This document shows positions 44,450 to 53,042 of a stretch of DNA of 64,000 nt, one piece after another. Under the pieces are notes generated by a model. It was given only the letters and a program-made list of their open reading frames with translations, ran no database searches and was not told where the DNA came from. The translations under genes and the position numbers were made by a program. The stretch's first letter is position 1. Each line of letters starts with the position of its first letter. Origin of the DNA: a virus; IMG/VR virus record IMGVR_UViG_3300032770_000011, positions 1 to 64,000 of that record; one strand, given 5' to 3'.

Positions 44450-44670
44450 TCTCTGGCGCTTGCCTGCCTAGGTCCTAGCGCGGACGGCAGAAGCAGCCTG
44501 AAGGTTTACTTTCCGGTGCTACCGCTAGCGCACGGCAGCCTGTTGTTTGGGCTGGAGCGGCCTGAAAGCCCCTAGCGCGGGCTCGGCACGAATCCTTGGA
44601 GTTGAGGCAGCACGAAGTCTCTGCCCAATCCCTTCGACCATTTCGGCACGAAACAGTCGGTTCGTATTTC
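44450..44670 (-). promoter_or_regulatory. structured 5' leader of the capsid operon with repeated hairpins
   Basis: three stems capped by GCGCTA and three TTCGTGC motifs. Confidence 0.55.
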
Positions 44671-44682
44671 TTAATTAAGAGT

Positions 44683-44760
44683 ATTACTAGAAGTTTCTGG
44701 GAAAAGCTAGTGGGGTAATTCAGAAACTTAAAACTTTGGGCAATTACTAGAAGTTTCTGG
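44683..44760. repeat. 18-bp direct repeat ATTACTAGAAGTTTCTGG x2 (60-bp period)
   Basis: copies at 44683-44700 and 44743-44760; partial inverted copy CAGAAACTT at 44721-44729. Confidence 0.85.
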
Positions 44761-44776
44761 ATTCGTGCATATCCGA

Positions 44777-45865
44777 TTATTGCCCTATTAAGGCAATATT
44801 CCGGCTTCCCTCAACAGGACGCTGAGCACTCAGCGCAGCAGCAAGAATGTTCCGAGCCGCGTTCACGTCGCGGTCATGGCTTGCGCCACAAGAGGAACAC
44901 TCCCATTGCCTTATTCCAAGACCTGCGATACCTCTCGGCCTCTCAGGCGGTAACGCACCGCACTCAGAACAGGTTTGGGTCGTGAATTTCTCGTCTACTT
45001 CCACATAACCAGCTGATTTGTATTTCAGCATAGAACGGAAAGTAGACCAGCCAGCATCTAACACAGATTTTGCCATCCGAGTTTTTGCTAGCTGTTTAGA
45101 GCTGACATTACCTACGGCGATTAGCGCGTTCTGATCCGCAAGTTCTGTCGAAAGCTTATGGAGAAAATCTCTACGACAATTCTTGATTTTAGTGTGTAGC
45201 TTGTGTACTCGTTGTTTGTTGTGAGCGCGTTGCGCAATGGCAAGCTTTGTTTCTAACTTTCTATAATGCTGCGGTGCCTCAATCTTACAGCCGTCACTCA
45301 TAACAGCCAAGGATTTTAGCCCTAGGTCAATACCAATAGCACCATTACTCTGTGGTAGTCGCTTAGCAACTTCAACATGGAAACAAACATACCAACGGCC
45401 GAGGCTATCTTCAACAAACATACCGCCTTTAGCGGTATTGGGTAGTGGTCGCCGCTTGCCACCAAAGAAACGATAACGTTTACCTAAATACCAAACAGAG
45501 TTCCCTTCGATTTGCCGACTCTGTTTCTGAAATGGCACCCAACCAAGCGCACGTTTCGGACCGTAGCTTGCCCGAAACTGTAAAGAGTGTTTAGTTTTAT
45601 CACGACTCTTGGCAAATTGATCACAGATCCTACCAACTGTCTATTGATGTATTCCCAACTCTTTTCCCACACCCTTACAAAGCTTTGCTAGATCAAACGC
45701 TGACGGCCAGTGACGCTTAGGTGCGCCTGCACGATAACGCAATTCTAAATCACGCTGTAAAGCGTTTGCGTAGTTCCACACCTGATTACAGGCTGCAGCA
45801 TGAAGTACCAGTGTTTTTCGTACACTGCGGTCTTTCAGCCGGTATTTGTAAGTTACAATCTGCAT
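44777..45865 (-). pseudogene. tnpB: TnpB-family RNA-guided nuclease with one in-frame TAG
   Basis: TYKYRL...NQVWN; TAG at 45641-45643; LGWVPF, GIDLG, VGNVS, VDE..TTQTCSECG, CSSCG..HDRDVNAARNI. Confidence 0.85.
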
Positions 45866-45874
45866 TTTGGGTAT

Positions 45875-46093
45875 CTATGCCGAAATCCTGATTGGGCACA
45901 CATTCGTGCCGGATTTCTGCGCCAATAATTCCTCTTCCGAGAGCACATCGACGATAATGGCGCGCAGCATGACGGAGACTGTTACGCCACGCATTTGCGC
46001 TAATGCCCGAAAGCGACGGTAGTCACTCTCGCGGACCCAGGCGCTGAGGCATTTTTCGGATGTATGTGGTTTATGCGGAGGTTGTTGGGACAA
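45875..46093 (-). CDS. ribbon-helix-helix-like DNA-binding protein
   Basis: LSAWVRESDYRRFRALAQMRGVTVSVMLRAII. Confidence 0.55.
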   Translation of the reverse strand: MSQQPPHKPHTSEKCLSAWVRESDYRRFRALAQMRGVTVSVMLRAIIVDVLSEEELLAQKSGTNVCPIRISA

Positions 46094-46102
46094 AGGCTTG
46101 CC

Positions 46103-46627
46103 TTACGAAGGAAATACTATTTGCTCGTCCAAACCATTAAAGAATTGGAAGCAAGGGTAACTCAACTTCTTCACTTGCTCAATAGGAATAATTGGCGGGT
46201 CATTTCGCAACCGCTCTCCTGGCGCGGTTTTAGTTGCTTCAACCGTTACACCTTCACGATGCTGGAACTCGGTAAAACCTTTCCAATGCTCAACTCTTTC
46301 AGCAAGTGCAACTTTGTCTTGTTCAATCCGCCAAGCAACTTCATCCAGACCAGGAGTCTTCAACTTGAAGAGAACGTCGCCTTTCAGATTGACGACCTTA
46401 GTCGTTTCTCCCCACTGCACTGGGGCTTGACTCTTCAGCCACGCATCAAGGTAGCGGTCTTCTCCCTTGACGAGAGACATTGAACCATCGGCTTCGAGGA
46501 AAGGTACCCAAGCCCGTTTCCGAACTTGAGTAACCATCTTAATGCCCTTCAAAGGCATCAAATTGCTTGCGTGAACAATGGCCGGGAGTGCTAGTAACCC
46601 TGCAAGGAAAGCGCGGCGGTGAAGCAT
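46103..46627 (-). CDS. hypothetical protein with Tat-like N-terminus
   Basis: HRRAFLAGLLALPAIV; start uncertain. Confidence 0.55.
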   Translation of the reverse strand: MLHRRAFLAGLLALPAIVHASNLMPLKGIKMVTQVRKRAWVPFLEADGSMSLVKGEDRYLDAWLKSQAPVQWGETTKVVNLKGDVLFKLKTPGLDEVAWRIEQDKVALAERVEHWKGFTEFQHREGVTVEATKTAPGERLRNDPPIIPIEQVKKLSYPCFQFFNGLDEQIVFPS

Positions 46628-46741
46628 GAACCCAACTCTTCGCTTAGGAGGTTTCCGGTCTGCCGCCAACTTTACGTCACCATAAAGTCACTCTCACCAC
46701 AGCGGATGAGAGGGTCAAAAGCCGGCAGACCGGATCTGAAG

Positions 46742-47290
46742 CTATTCCTCGATTGCGGTTGGTACCATACGTCCAACTTCTTTTGTAATCCTCGGACGTA
46801 CATCTGGGTGTTCGCGGGTAAGTTCGCCTTTTGGCGTCATACCAAGACGTTGTTCAGCTTCTCTGACCTGTTGTCTGGCAAGTTGCCGTTGTTCCTGTTG
46901 AGCCTCCAAGGTCAAGGATAAAGGCCGCTCCATGAGGATCATGCCACCTTTGATGATATGTGGCTGATTGTAGCCAGGCGGTACCCAATTCGGATGGCGT
47001 TTCGGATTCACTGGCTCCCAGCCTTGCTCACGCAGGCTTGCCAGATAGAAGGGATCCTCCTGGCCATGAACCGAGAACCGCTTCCACTCGTAGGAAGACT
47101 CTGCCGGGATCTCGTCCTGGGGCAGATAGAATTGATCCTCATGCACTGTAGACTTGCGGCGGCGAGTACGGCGTGGTTCGACATGAACAGGGACACGCTG
47201 CTCCTCACGGACGGCAGCACCAGAAGCATGAACTGGAGCACGGTCGGCATTCAGACGGCGGCGGGGGGTTACCATTTGTTGTCCTCTCAC
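46742..47290 (-). CDS. conserved head-module protein
   Basis: YEWKR..V.GQED, GWEPV, GGMILMERP. Confidence 0.7.
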   Translation of the reverse strand: MRGQQMVTPRRRLNADRAPVHASGAAVREEQRVPVHVEPRRTRRRKSTVHEDQFYLPQDEIPAESSYEWKRFSVHGQEDPFYLASLREQGWEPVNPKRHPNWVPPGYNQPHIIKGGMILMERPLSLTLEAQQEQRQLARQQVREAEQRLGMTPKGELTREHPDVRPRITKEVGRMVPTAIEE

Positions 47291-47302
47291 AGATTACGGA
47301 AA

Positions 47303-48418
47303 TCAAACGTACGTGCGGCCAATCTTACCTTCGGCCTGCAATTCCAGATAGGACCGAGCATATTTGCCGAATGCCCGCTTGCGCCAGGCGTCCACATCCT
47401 CACCTTGCTGCTGTGGCCAGGAGAGCAGCGCCGCTTCCTGTTGGTCCTTGTTCAGGCGTACATCACGGGACACGACCTTACCTCCGGCGTCGGGCGCTTC
47501 ACGGGAAACTGGCGCAGAAGGTTGTGCCTGCTTCGGCTTTGGCTTTGGCGTAGGGTTATCAACAACATCCTCAACCTTCGGAGTAGGAACAGGAACAACC
47601 GGCTGGCGATAGCCCGCCTTCTCCTCGATGGTCTGGAAGTACTCATCCGAACCTTCGACGAGACCCTTGGCGAGAGCTTCATAGTGACCAGCCATCATGG
47701 CAGCATGCTTTGCTGGATTGCCACCGACGACCGCAGGAGCACATTCGGGGTGCGTTCTGAGCCAGGACTCTGCCTTTGGCGAGAACTTGTTCTGGACGAG
47801 ATAGTTCTCAAAGGGAGAGCGAGCGGTAGTGGGTTGCTCCTCAACGCGCCCTTCAGTCGTAGGCGCAGCTGCCTTGTTCGCTTCGAAGGTGACTTTCGCA
47901 TCCTCAAGGCGGTCTAGCGTGGCAGCCGCTTTCGCCATCTTCACCTGGATCTCGGAAACCTTCTTGAACTCCCCAGCTTCGAGAGCTCGCGCTTGCTCTT
48001 CCTGATAGGCAGCAATCTCGCGACTTGCGGAGTCGATACCCTGAGTAATGATAGCGAGTTGGCGCTCGGCAGCTTCCTCGCGAGCAGCAGCGGCGTCCTG
48101 CGCCCTTCTCTCGGCTAGAGAGAGGGCCTCTGTGGCGCGCTGGCGCTCCGCTACGGCTTGGGCTTCTGCCGCCTTTCTGGCATCCTCTGCGGCCTTTACA
48201 GCGGCCTTCAGGGCTTCGGTCGGGTCGGTGACGACCTGCGTATCCGCTAGGGCCGGAGTAACGGGTTTCTTGGTGTCGGCAGCAGGAGTTTCCTTTGCCG
48301 CAACGCCACCTTCGGTCTCTGGCGTTTTCGGAGCTTCCTTCTCCAGAAGGTCGGGGGCATCAGAAACATCAATGGTGACGAGACTTTCGTCGGGTACTTC
48401 AACGGCGAGGTCGGCCAT
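47303..48418 (-). CDS. putative capsid scaffolding protein
   Basis: acidic coiled coil, W...HP, H..A...G...GSDEYF; AAGGAG RBS before ATG 48418. Confidence 0.65.
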   Translation of the reverse strand: MADLAVEVPDESLVTIDVSDAPDLLEKEAPKTPETEGGVAAKETPAADTKKPVTPALADTQVVTDPTEALKAAVKAAEDARKAAEAQAVAERQRATEALSLAERRAQDAAAAREEAAERQLAIITQGIDSASREIAAYQEEQARALEAGEFKKVSEIQVKMAKAAATLDRLEDAKVTFEANKAAAPTTEGRVEEQPTTARSPFENYLVQNKFSPKAESWLRTHPECAPAVVGGNPAKHAAMMAGHYEALAKGLVEGSDEYFQTIEEKAGYRQPVVPVPTPKVEDVVDNPTPKPKPKQAQPSAPVSREAPDAGGKVVSRDVRLNKDQQEAALLSWPQQQGEDVDAWRKRAFGKYARSYLELQAEGKIGRTYV

Positions 48419-48878
48419 TATTCTTCTCCTTCGAGAACTCACTCATGCAAAGGTTCGAATGAAAGGCACAGTAGGATGAGCCAGGGATTTTCTCCCCAGA
48501 ACAGAAATAGAAGTTTTTCGTAAATGGGTCCCCATATGGGAAACGGCAACTCCGCTTTGTCAGCCACATTATGGCCTCTCCCGCAGAATTAGGCAATACC
48601 TCTGGTGTAGCAGGTTCGGTAGGGGCAACTAAGGCAATCACTTCAGGGGGTAACCGTTTGCGAACGAGTTTGGGCTTTGGTGGTTCTACACGTATCTTGC
48701 GGCGGTAAGAAACAGCATTGACGTTAGACCGGAATAGGTTCAGGCGATATAACGCGCCCGAGACCGCATTGCGACTGGGCGCGTGCATCTGCACCGCTAT
48801 TTCCGTGGCAGACATTCCCTTGTTCCAGCACTCGGCTAGAAAGCTATCACGCGCTTCTTTTGGCGCTGACCAGAGCAA
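48399..48878 (-). CDS. gcrA: GcrA-family cell-cycle regulator
   Basis: W..GMSATEIA...SRNAV.G..RL and CRFPYGDP...FC...YCAFH. Confidence 0.85.
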   Translation of the reverse strand: MLWSAPKEARDSFLAECWNKGMSATEIAVQMHAPSRNAVSGALYRLNLFRSNVNAVSYRRKIRVEPPKPKLVRKRLPPEVIALVAPTEPATPEVLPNSAGEAIMWLTKRSCRFPYGDPFTKNFYFCSGEKIPGSSYCAFHSNLCMSEFSKEKNNGRPRR

Positions 48879-48902
48879 AGCACTTCCCCCAAAGGATATT
48901 TC

Positions 48903-49295
48903 TCAGTAAACGACGTCAGGCGCGGGAATCTTCAAGCGCACATGATAGTCCTCTACCAAACGGCAGAGGGTTTCGCGGATCATGATCTTGCGGCCATCAC
49001 TGACGAAGATGGCAACCCAGTCTCCGACTTTTACGGATTGACCCTTGAAGTCGTAATTGGCGTCGCTCACAAAAGCCGAAGGACCTAACTTGACGCAAAG
49101 CCCGGCTTTGCCCTGATACGCATCCTCTTGCCGGGTTACATCAGAAAGAATAATCCCAGACTTGGTCTTCTCCGGGCGCTGATAGACAGCAATCAGAACC
49201 TGATTGCCGAAGAGTTCAAAGTCATCGAGGTTCCCGACCTTCTTCAGAAGTTCTTTTGCCGGGTCTTCCTCGTGCACCATAGTCATCGAACGCAT
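48903..49295 (-). CDS. groES: GroES-like co-chaperonin
   Basis: GNQVLI...EKTKSGIIL...G..VKLGP...VKVGD.V; GGAGGA RBS. Confidence 0.8.
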   Translation of the reverse strand: MRSMTMVHEEDPAKELLKKVGNLDDFELFGNQVLIAVYQRPEKTKSGIILSDVTRQEDAYQGKAGLCVKLGPSAFVSDANYDFKGQSVKVGDWVAIFVSDGRKIMIRETLCRLVEDYHVRLKIPAPDVVY

Positions 49296-49308
49296 TCCGA
49301 TAGTCCTC

Positions 49309-49551
49309 CTACTTAACTGCTTCCCAGCGGTCGCCAACAATCTTCACCTTCGCAACTGGCGCAAGGTGGTGCCACCTAACTGTTCCAAATTCCCCATTAT
49401 CCCAAGTGACAAGTGCGTCGCCGTCATGCAAACATTCGTCAAGTATTCCAGTTCGACCATCTATAAGGTAAATCACATGGTCACCATTCTTGACCTCATT
49501 CCACGCACCGCTATTGCCGCCAGACTTATTTTCGAATGCAAGCGGGTGCAT
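49309..49551 (-). CDS. small hypothetical protein (SH3-like)
   Basis: GDHV...GRTGIL...VTWDNG. Confidence 0.55.
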   Translation of the reverse strand: MHPLAFENKSGGNSGAWNEVKNGDHVIYLIDGRTGILDECLHDGDALVTWDNGEFGTVRWHHLAPVAKVKIVGDRWEAVK

Positions 49552-49651
49552 CTTTCAATTCCACAATCCGAAATGGAACACCCACCACCTGTGCATGCTT
49601 ACCCGCGCCCTTGACGACCGAACCGTGCCTCTGCGTCGTTCATACATACTA

Positions 49652-49924
49652 TCACTCCCTGTGCAAATAGTTTGTGTACGTATGTTTGGGTTTAATGTTG
49701 ATGGCTTTCAATTTGGCCAAAAGAGAGTGCTGTGACAAGGTCCAATTAATGGCTTGCGCGATCTCAGGAGTCGTAGCACCTTTATGGGCCATATGCCGAT
49801 CAATGCGTTTTTCCTCACTTGTGAGGTCTCTACGTAGGTACGTGCGTGCTGTTGGCTGCTCCTCATGCCCAGCAATTGCTCGGTACAACCGGGTCCGTTT
49901 CTGCATGACATGGTGAGCAACCAT
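49652..49924 (-). CDS. small putative HTH protein
   Basis: KGATTPEIAQAINW. Confidence 0.5.
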   Translation of the reverse strand: MVAHHVMQKRTRLYRAIAGHEEQPTARTYLRRDLTSEEKRIDRHMAHKGATTPEIAQAINWTLSQHSLLAKLKAINIKPKHTYTNYLHRE

Positions 49925-50170
49925 TCATTCCGCCTCCCGCTTCACGCCGTGCATATCGATATCTACTTCCTCACACATCTCAAGAACCTCACGCATAGCC
50001 GCAATATATGCTACCTTAGCGGCATACTTCTCGGCAACCGTTGCGGTATCCTCTGGGATTGTGCAAGCTGACCCATTTGCGAGTTGTTCTGTATAAGCCT
50101 GGATCCGTTCCGAGACAACGACATAGACACGCCTATGGAACGGATCCATCAATTCGGGAGCGATGGGCAT
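49925..50170 (-). CDS. conserved phage hypothetical protein
   Basis: LANG...Y...V.YI..M..V helical family often near groES. Confidence 0.6.
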   Translation of the reverse strand: MPIAPELMDPFHRRVYVVVSERIQAYTEQLANGSACTIPEDTATVAEKYAAKVAYIAAMREVLEMCEEVDIDMHGVKREAE

Positions 50171-50349
50171 TCAAAGCTCCGAATGTACTGCCAATAGAAT
50201 ACACAAGAGCACCCTGTGTGGTCTACTGTCCAACGCCAATGCTTTCTTCGGTAACGCCCTCGCCACAGCAGCCATAAAGGTGTCTGTTCCCACGCACCAA
50301 GGTGATGGTCTGGAAAGTCTATCTTCATACGCTGAAGACATACTACGGC

Positions 50350-50580
50350 TCAGACTCGCATCAACAAAGGCTCAGGCACGAGCATAAGTGCCTTGTCTCT
50401 TTCACTCGGATGAAACGTCACCCACATCAGGTTCGTATTGTTACAGGCATCACAGTACCACGGCACCCCAAGGTCACTCAGTTCTTGCCGAGATAGTTCC
50501 TTCGACCGCCAACCACAGCGGCACCACATAATGGTGAGATCCTCTGGCGAGGCGGTATGCGGACTATGGCCGTAGTACAT
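50350..50580 (-). CDS. small Zn-ribbon protein
   Basis: CRCGW...CDAC. Confidence 0.5.
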   Translation of the reverse strand: MYYGHSPHTASPEDLTIMWCRCGWRSKELSRQELSDLGVPWYCDACNNTNLMWVTFHPSERDKALMLVPEPLLMRV

Positions 50581-50598
50581 AGCAAGACATACTCCCGC

Positions 50599-51378
50599 TC
50601 AGACTTCCTGCGGACGTCCGGCGTTGTGACCCTTCTTGCCGATCTTCTCCAAGCGCCCTTCGCCCGTAACTGCACCCGCCGTCATGTGATGCTTCTGAGA
50701 AGGCAGCCGCCCACCAGCAGCACGATGCTTCAAGGCAGAGGACTTCACCATACCCTTAATCATGGCACGGTCCTCAGCTTCGTCGGGGTGAGACACCTTA
50801 CCGCCCCGTTTGCGCGGCGGCATAGCGCCAGGAGGAATAGCCCCCGGAGGCGGCATTATCGGTGGGCGCATACCCATCGGACCGCCCGGAGGCATTGCAC
50901 CGGGAGGCATAGCCGGAGGAGCTCCTGGAGGCATTGCAGGGGGGCCGCCCGCAAGTACTGGGTTCGGTCCAGCCGGAGGCGTATTGCCAGAGGACTGCGG
51001 CGCGACGATAACGTTCACATGTGTTGCGCCTTTGCCTTTCATACGACCACCCCGCGCTCTGGAGGCGAGGGCTTGGTCTTTATTCGCAGTCTCGATTGGG
51101 GAGACGTCGCCACCCGTATCGCGGTGCTTCACTCTACCACCTTTGCGATAGGTAGAGACCGGATTGGCAGCTTTGGTCTTGCGGGCCGGGCGGTCACCCC
51201 GTGCTCTCGGAGCAGAACTGTCTACGCCAAAGCCGACAGCGTCTTCGTCGCCTTCGTGCTTTGACGCATTCACAGGTGCGTCCTTGTACATTTTCGGATT
51301 CGCTGCACCGTAGTGCTCCGTCATTCTACGGAACTTGGCGGTGCTGGAATCCGCTGCTTCCTTCTTCATCGGGTGCAT
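50599..51378 (-). CDS. basic Pro/Gly-rich protein with GG motifs (internal head protein candidate)
   Basis: start MHPMKK; YRKGGRV, RARGG, RKRGGKV, RAAGG; HPDEAEDRAMIK. Confidence 0.7.
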   Translation of the reverse strand: MHPMKKEAADSSTAKFRRMTEHYGAANPKMYKDAPVNASKHEGDEDAVGFGVDSSAPRARGDRPARKTKAANPVSTYRKGGRVKHRDTGGDVSPIETANKDQALASRARGGRMKGKGATHVNVIVAPQSSGNTPPAGPNPVLAGGPPAMPPGAPPAMPPGAMPPGGPMGMRPPIMPPPGAIPPGAMPPRKRGGKVSHPDEAEDRAMIKGMVKSSALKHRAAGGRLPSQKHHMTAGAVTGEGRLEKIGKKGHNAGRPQEV

Positions 51379-51383
51379 TTGAG

Positions 51384-51692
51384 TTATCTTTCTTTTGTGT
51401 GGGGGAAGGGCAACTGCGTTTGAGCCTGTAACTGAAAGCGGTCGGTTTCTATCTTTAACCAAAAAGCCTGCCGCAAAGCCTTTATGGCGTGCACCAGTTT
51501 CTCCGCATCAACTTGACCGTCTGCCGTCAAGGGAATAGAGCACCCGAGTTCATAGGGCTCGTGTTTGCCATAGATGAAGAGTTCGGCAGGATACCAGTCA
51601 TCTGGCATCTGCCTGTATTCTTGCGCAAACAGTTCAGGCCATTGTTCAGAAGGCCAAGAAGCCTGTGCGTACTCGCCAGAAGCTTTGCTCAT
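51384..51692 (-). CDS. hypothetical protein
   Basis: ORF in operon; likely start MSKASG. Confidence 0.5.
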   Translation of the reverse strand: MSKASGEYAQASWPSEQWPELFAQEYRQMPDDWYPAELFIYGKHEPYELGCSIPLTADGQVDAEKLVHAIKALRQAFWLKIETDRFQLQAQTQLPFPHTKER

Positions 51693-51696
51693 GGTG

Positions 51697-51957
51697 TCAA
51701 CCCATGTCCTCGTCGCCACCCCCACCACCAGCTTGTGGCAGAGGACCCGTAGGCCCTAAGTCCGGTCCTACGGCAGGCACCGCCGCGCCGTCACCCCCGC
51801 CCAGAGCAGGATGCGAAGGGGCAAGTGCGATTTTCTGCAATCGTCCAGGACCAGACCCCGCACCGGCTGTCATGTGGTGGTGTTTGTGTTTGCCGCCGGA
51901 GAGGGTCTCCAGTTTGTCCTTCGAAGATTCCATTGCGTCGTGTTTGTGTGGATGCAC
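51697..51957 (-). CDS. short paralogue of 50599-51378
   Basis: MHP.K..A..SS..K and HHMTAGA..G.GRL.KI are shared. Confidence 0.65.
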   Translation of the reverse strand: MHPHKHDAMESSKDKLETLSGGKHKHHHMTAGAGSGPGRLQKIALAPSHPALGGGDGAAVPAVGPDLGPTGPLPQAGGGGGDEDMG

Positions 51958-51965
51958 GGGAGGGG

Positions 51966-52178
51966 TTATCCTTCTAGAGGGGGTGAATCTTTTCCTGCGA
52001 GCAAGGCCATTGTGCAGGGCCCATCAACCTTACTGTCTAATTCTTCAAATAAACGACGGTAGTCAATGTAAATTGATGGTCGTCCATAACGGATATATTG
52101 AGGCTGCTCAGGCTTCTGCTTCTCGATTGCCTCGGCAAGCCTCTCAATGGCCTTTGCCAGCTTTTCGATATCGGTCAT
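51966..52178 (-). CDS. hypothetical protein (MTDIEKLAKAIERLAEAIE)
   Basis: GGAG RBS; ATGA overlap. Confidence 0.55.
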   Translation of the reverse strand: MTDIEKLAKAIERLAEAIEKQKPEQPQYIRYGRPSIYIDYRRLFEELDSKVDGPCTMALLAGKDSPPLEG

Positions 52179-52378
52179 GCTGCTTCTCCAGGTGGACGCT
52201 TGTCGTGATGATTCGGTAAGGCTGCAACCAAGTGTTTGCGGCAGAACTTCTCGCCGGGCACTACAGGCAGGCAACAGAAGTCTACCAGCTTGGTCTTATG
52301 CACAAACGAATTGGCGTGCTGGCATAAATGGCACGTGCTGAGCCAATAGAGAATAGACCTAGTGGGTTCCGGTCCCAC
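52175..52378 (-). CDS. small Cys-rich protein
   Basis: CHLC...FCC...FCRKH. Confidence 0.45.
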   Translation of the reverse strand: MGPEPTRSILYWLSTCHLCQHANSFVHKTKLVDFCCLPVVPGEKFCRKHLVAALPNHHDKRPPGEAA

Positions 52379-52390
52379 AGTTATTGCTCT

Positions 52391-52579
52391 TCAATTCCAA
52401 TGCTTCTTCTTGTGCTCTTGAAGCCGTCCGAAGTCCTTCTCGTGCATCAGGACCAATGTCTCACTCAACTCCGGAGCCTTCTGAATTGGTCCGGCAAAGA
52501 TGATAGCGCCTTGATGCACTACGACGCAGGTGCCTTCGCAAATACCATCACAGATAGAGACGTCGAAGAGGTTGGTCAA
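52391..52579 (-). CDS. hypothetical protein
   Basis: ORF packed in operon. Confidence 0.45.
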   Translation of the reverse strand: MTNLFDVSICDGICEGTCVVVHQGAIIFAGPIQKAPELSETLVLMHEKDFGRLQEHKKKHWN

Positions 52580-52818
52580 GAGAGTGATCCTCTCTGCCTT
52601 TCGATTTCATCCTCCAGCGAAGAGCCTTCCTGAATACGGGCCTGTAGAAGCATACCTTCTCGGAACTCTTTCGCCAACTCTACCGTCAAGGCTTCATAAA
52701 GCGCCGGGGGATTGGAGAGGTAATTGGAGAGCAGCATTTGCGCTACTGTGGCCTGCCGCGCCGTAGCAATAGAAGCTAACGCTTCGATACTCTTTTCGAG
52801 GTCATCGTCATCGGCCAT
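52576..52818 (-). CDS. hypothetical protein
   Basis: ORF packed in operon. Confidence 0.55.
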   Translation of the reverse strand: MADDDDLEKSIEALASIATARQATVAQMLLSNYLSNPPALYEALTVELAKEFREGMLLQARIQEGSSLEDEIERQRGSLS

Positions 52819-52819
52819 C

Positions 52820-53038
52820 TCAAGACTGCTTCACAGCTACGGCATGAACATCGGCAAATTGAGCGGCGCAATCATCACAGAAGTATTTGCGAATCGAATT
52901 GCCAGAACACATCAACTGTCCGTCTACCATTTCAGTCTCAGCAAGTTCCACATAGAAGGCTGCTGGGTTCTTACACTCCAAGGCGCAGCACATCGGCCTG
53001 CTGAGACGGATTGCCGGGAATTGGATTACGGTGCCCAC
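52820..53038 (-). CDS. small Zn-finger protein
   Basis: CCALECKNPA...FCDDC. Confidence 0.55.
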   Translation of the reverse strand: MGTVIQFPAIRLSRPMCCALECKNPAAFYVELAETEMVDGQLMCSGNSIRKYFCDDCAAQFADVHAVAVKQS

Positions 53039-53042
53039 TCAG

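Noticed and set aside
45641-45643. Genome-wide TAG recoding suggested by the tnpB amber codon
   Set aside because: Many genes, including terL, csp, ruvC and the 1970-aa gene, end sensibly at TAG.
46958-47917. 319-aa plus-strand ORF and similar antisense ORFs across the late region
   Set aside because: Shadows of well-supported minus-strand genes, with no recognisable motifs.
50054-50083. Possible self-target of array B under a skip-every-third-base code (CTc GCa AAt GGg TCa GCt TGc ACa ATc CCa)
   Set aside because: Only 14 of 20 bases match; a rough binomial estimate gives a few such matches by chance across both strands of 64 kb.
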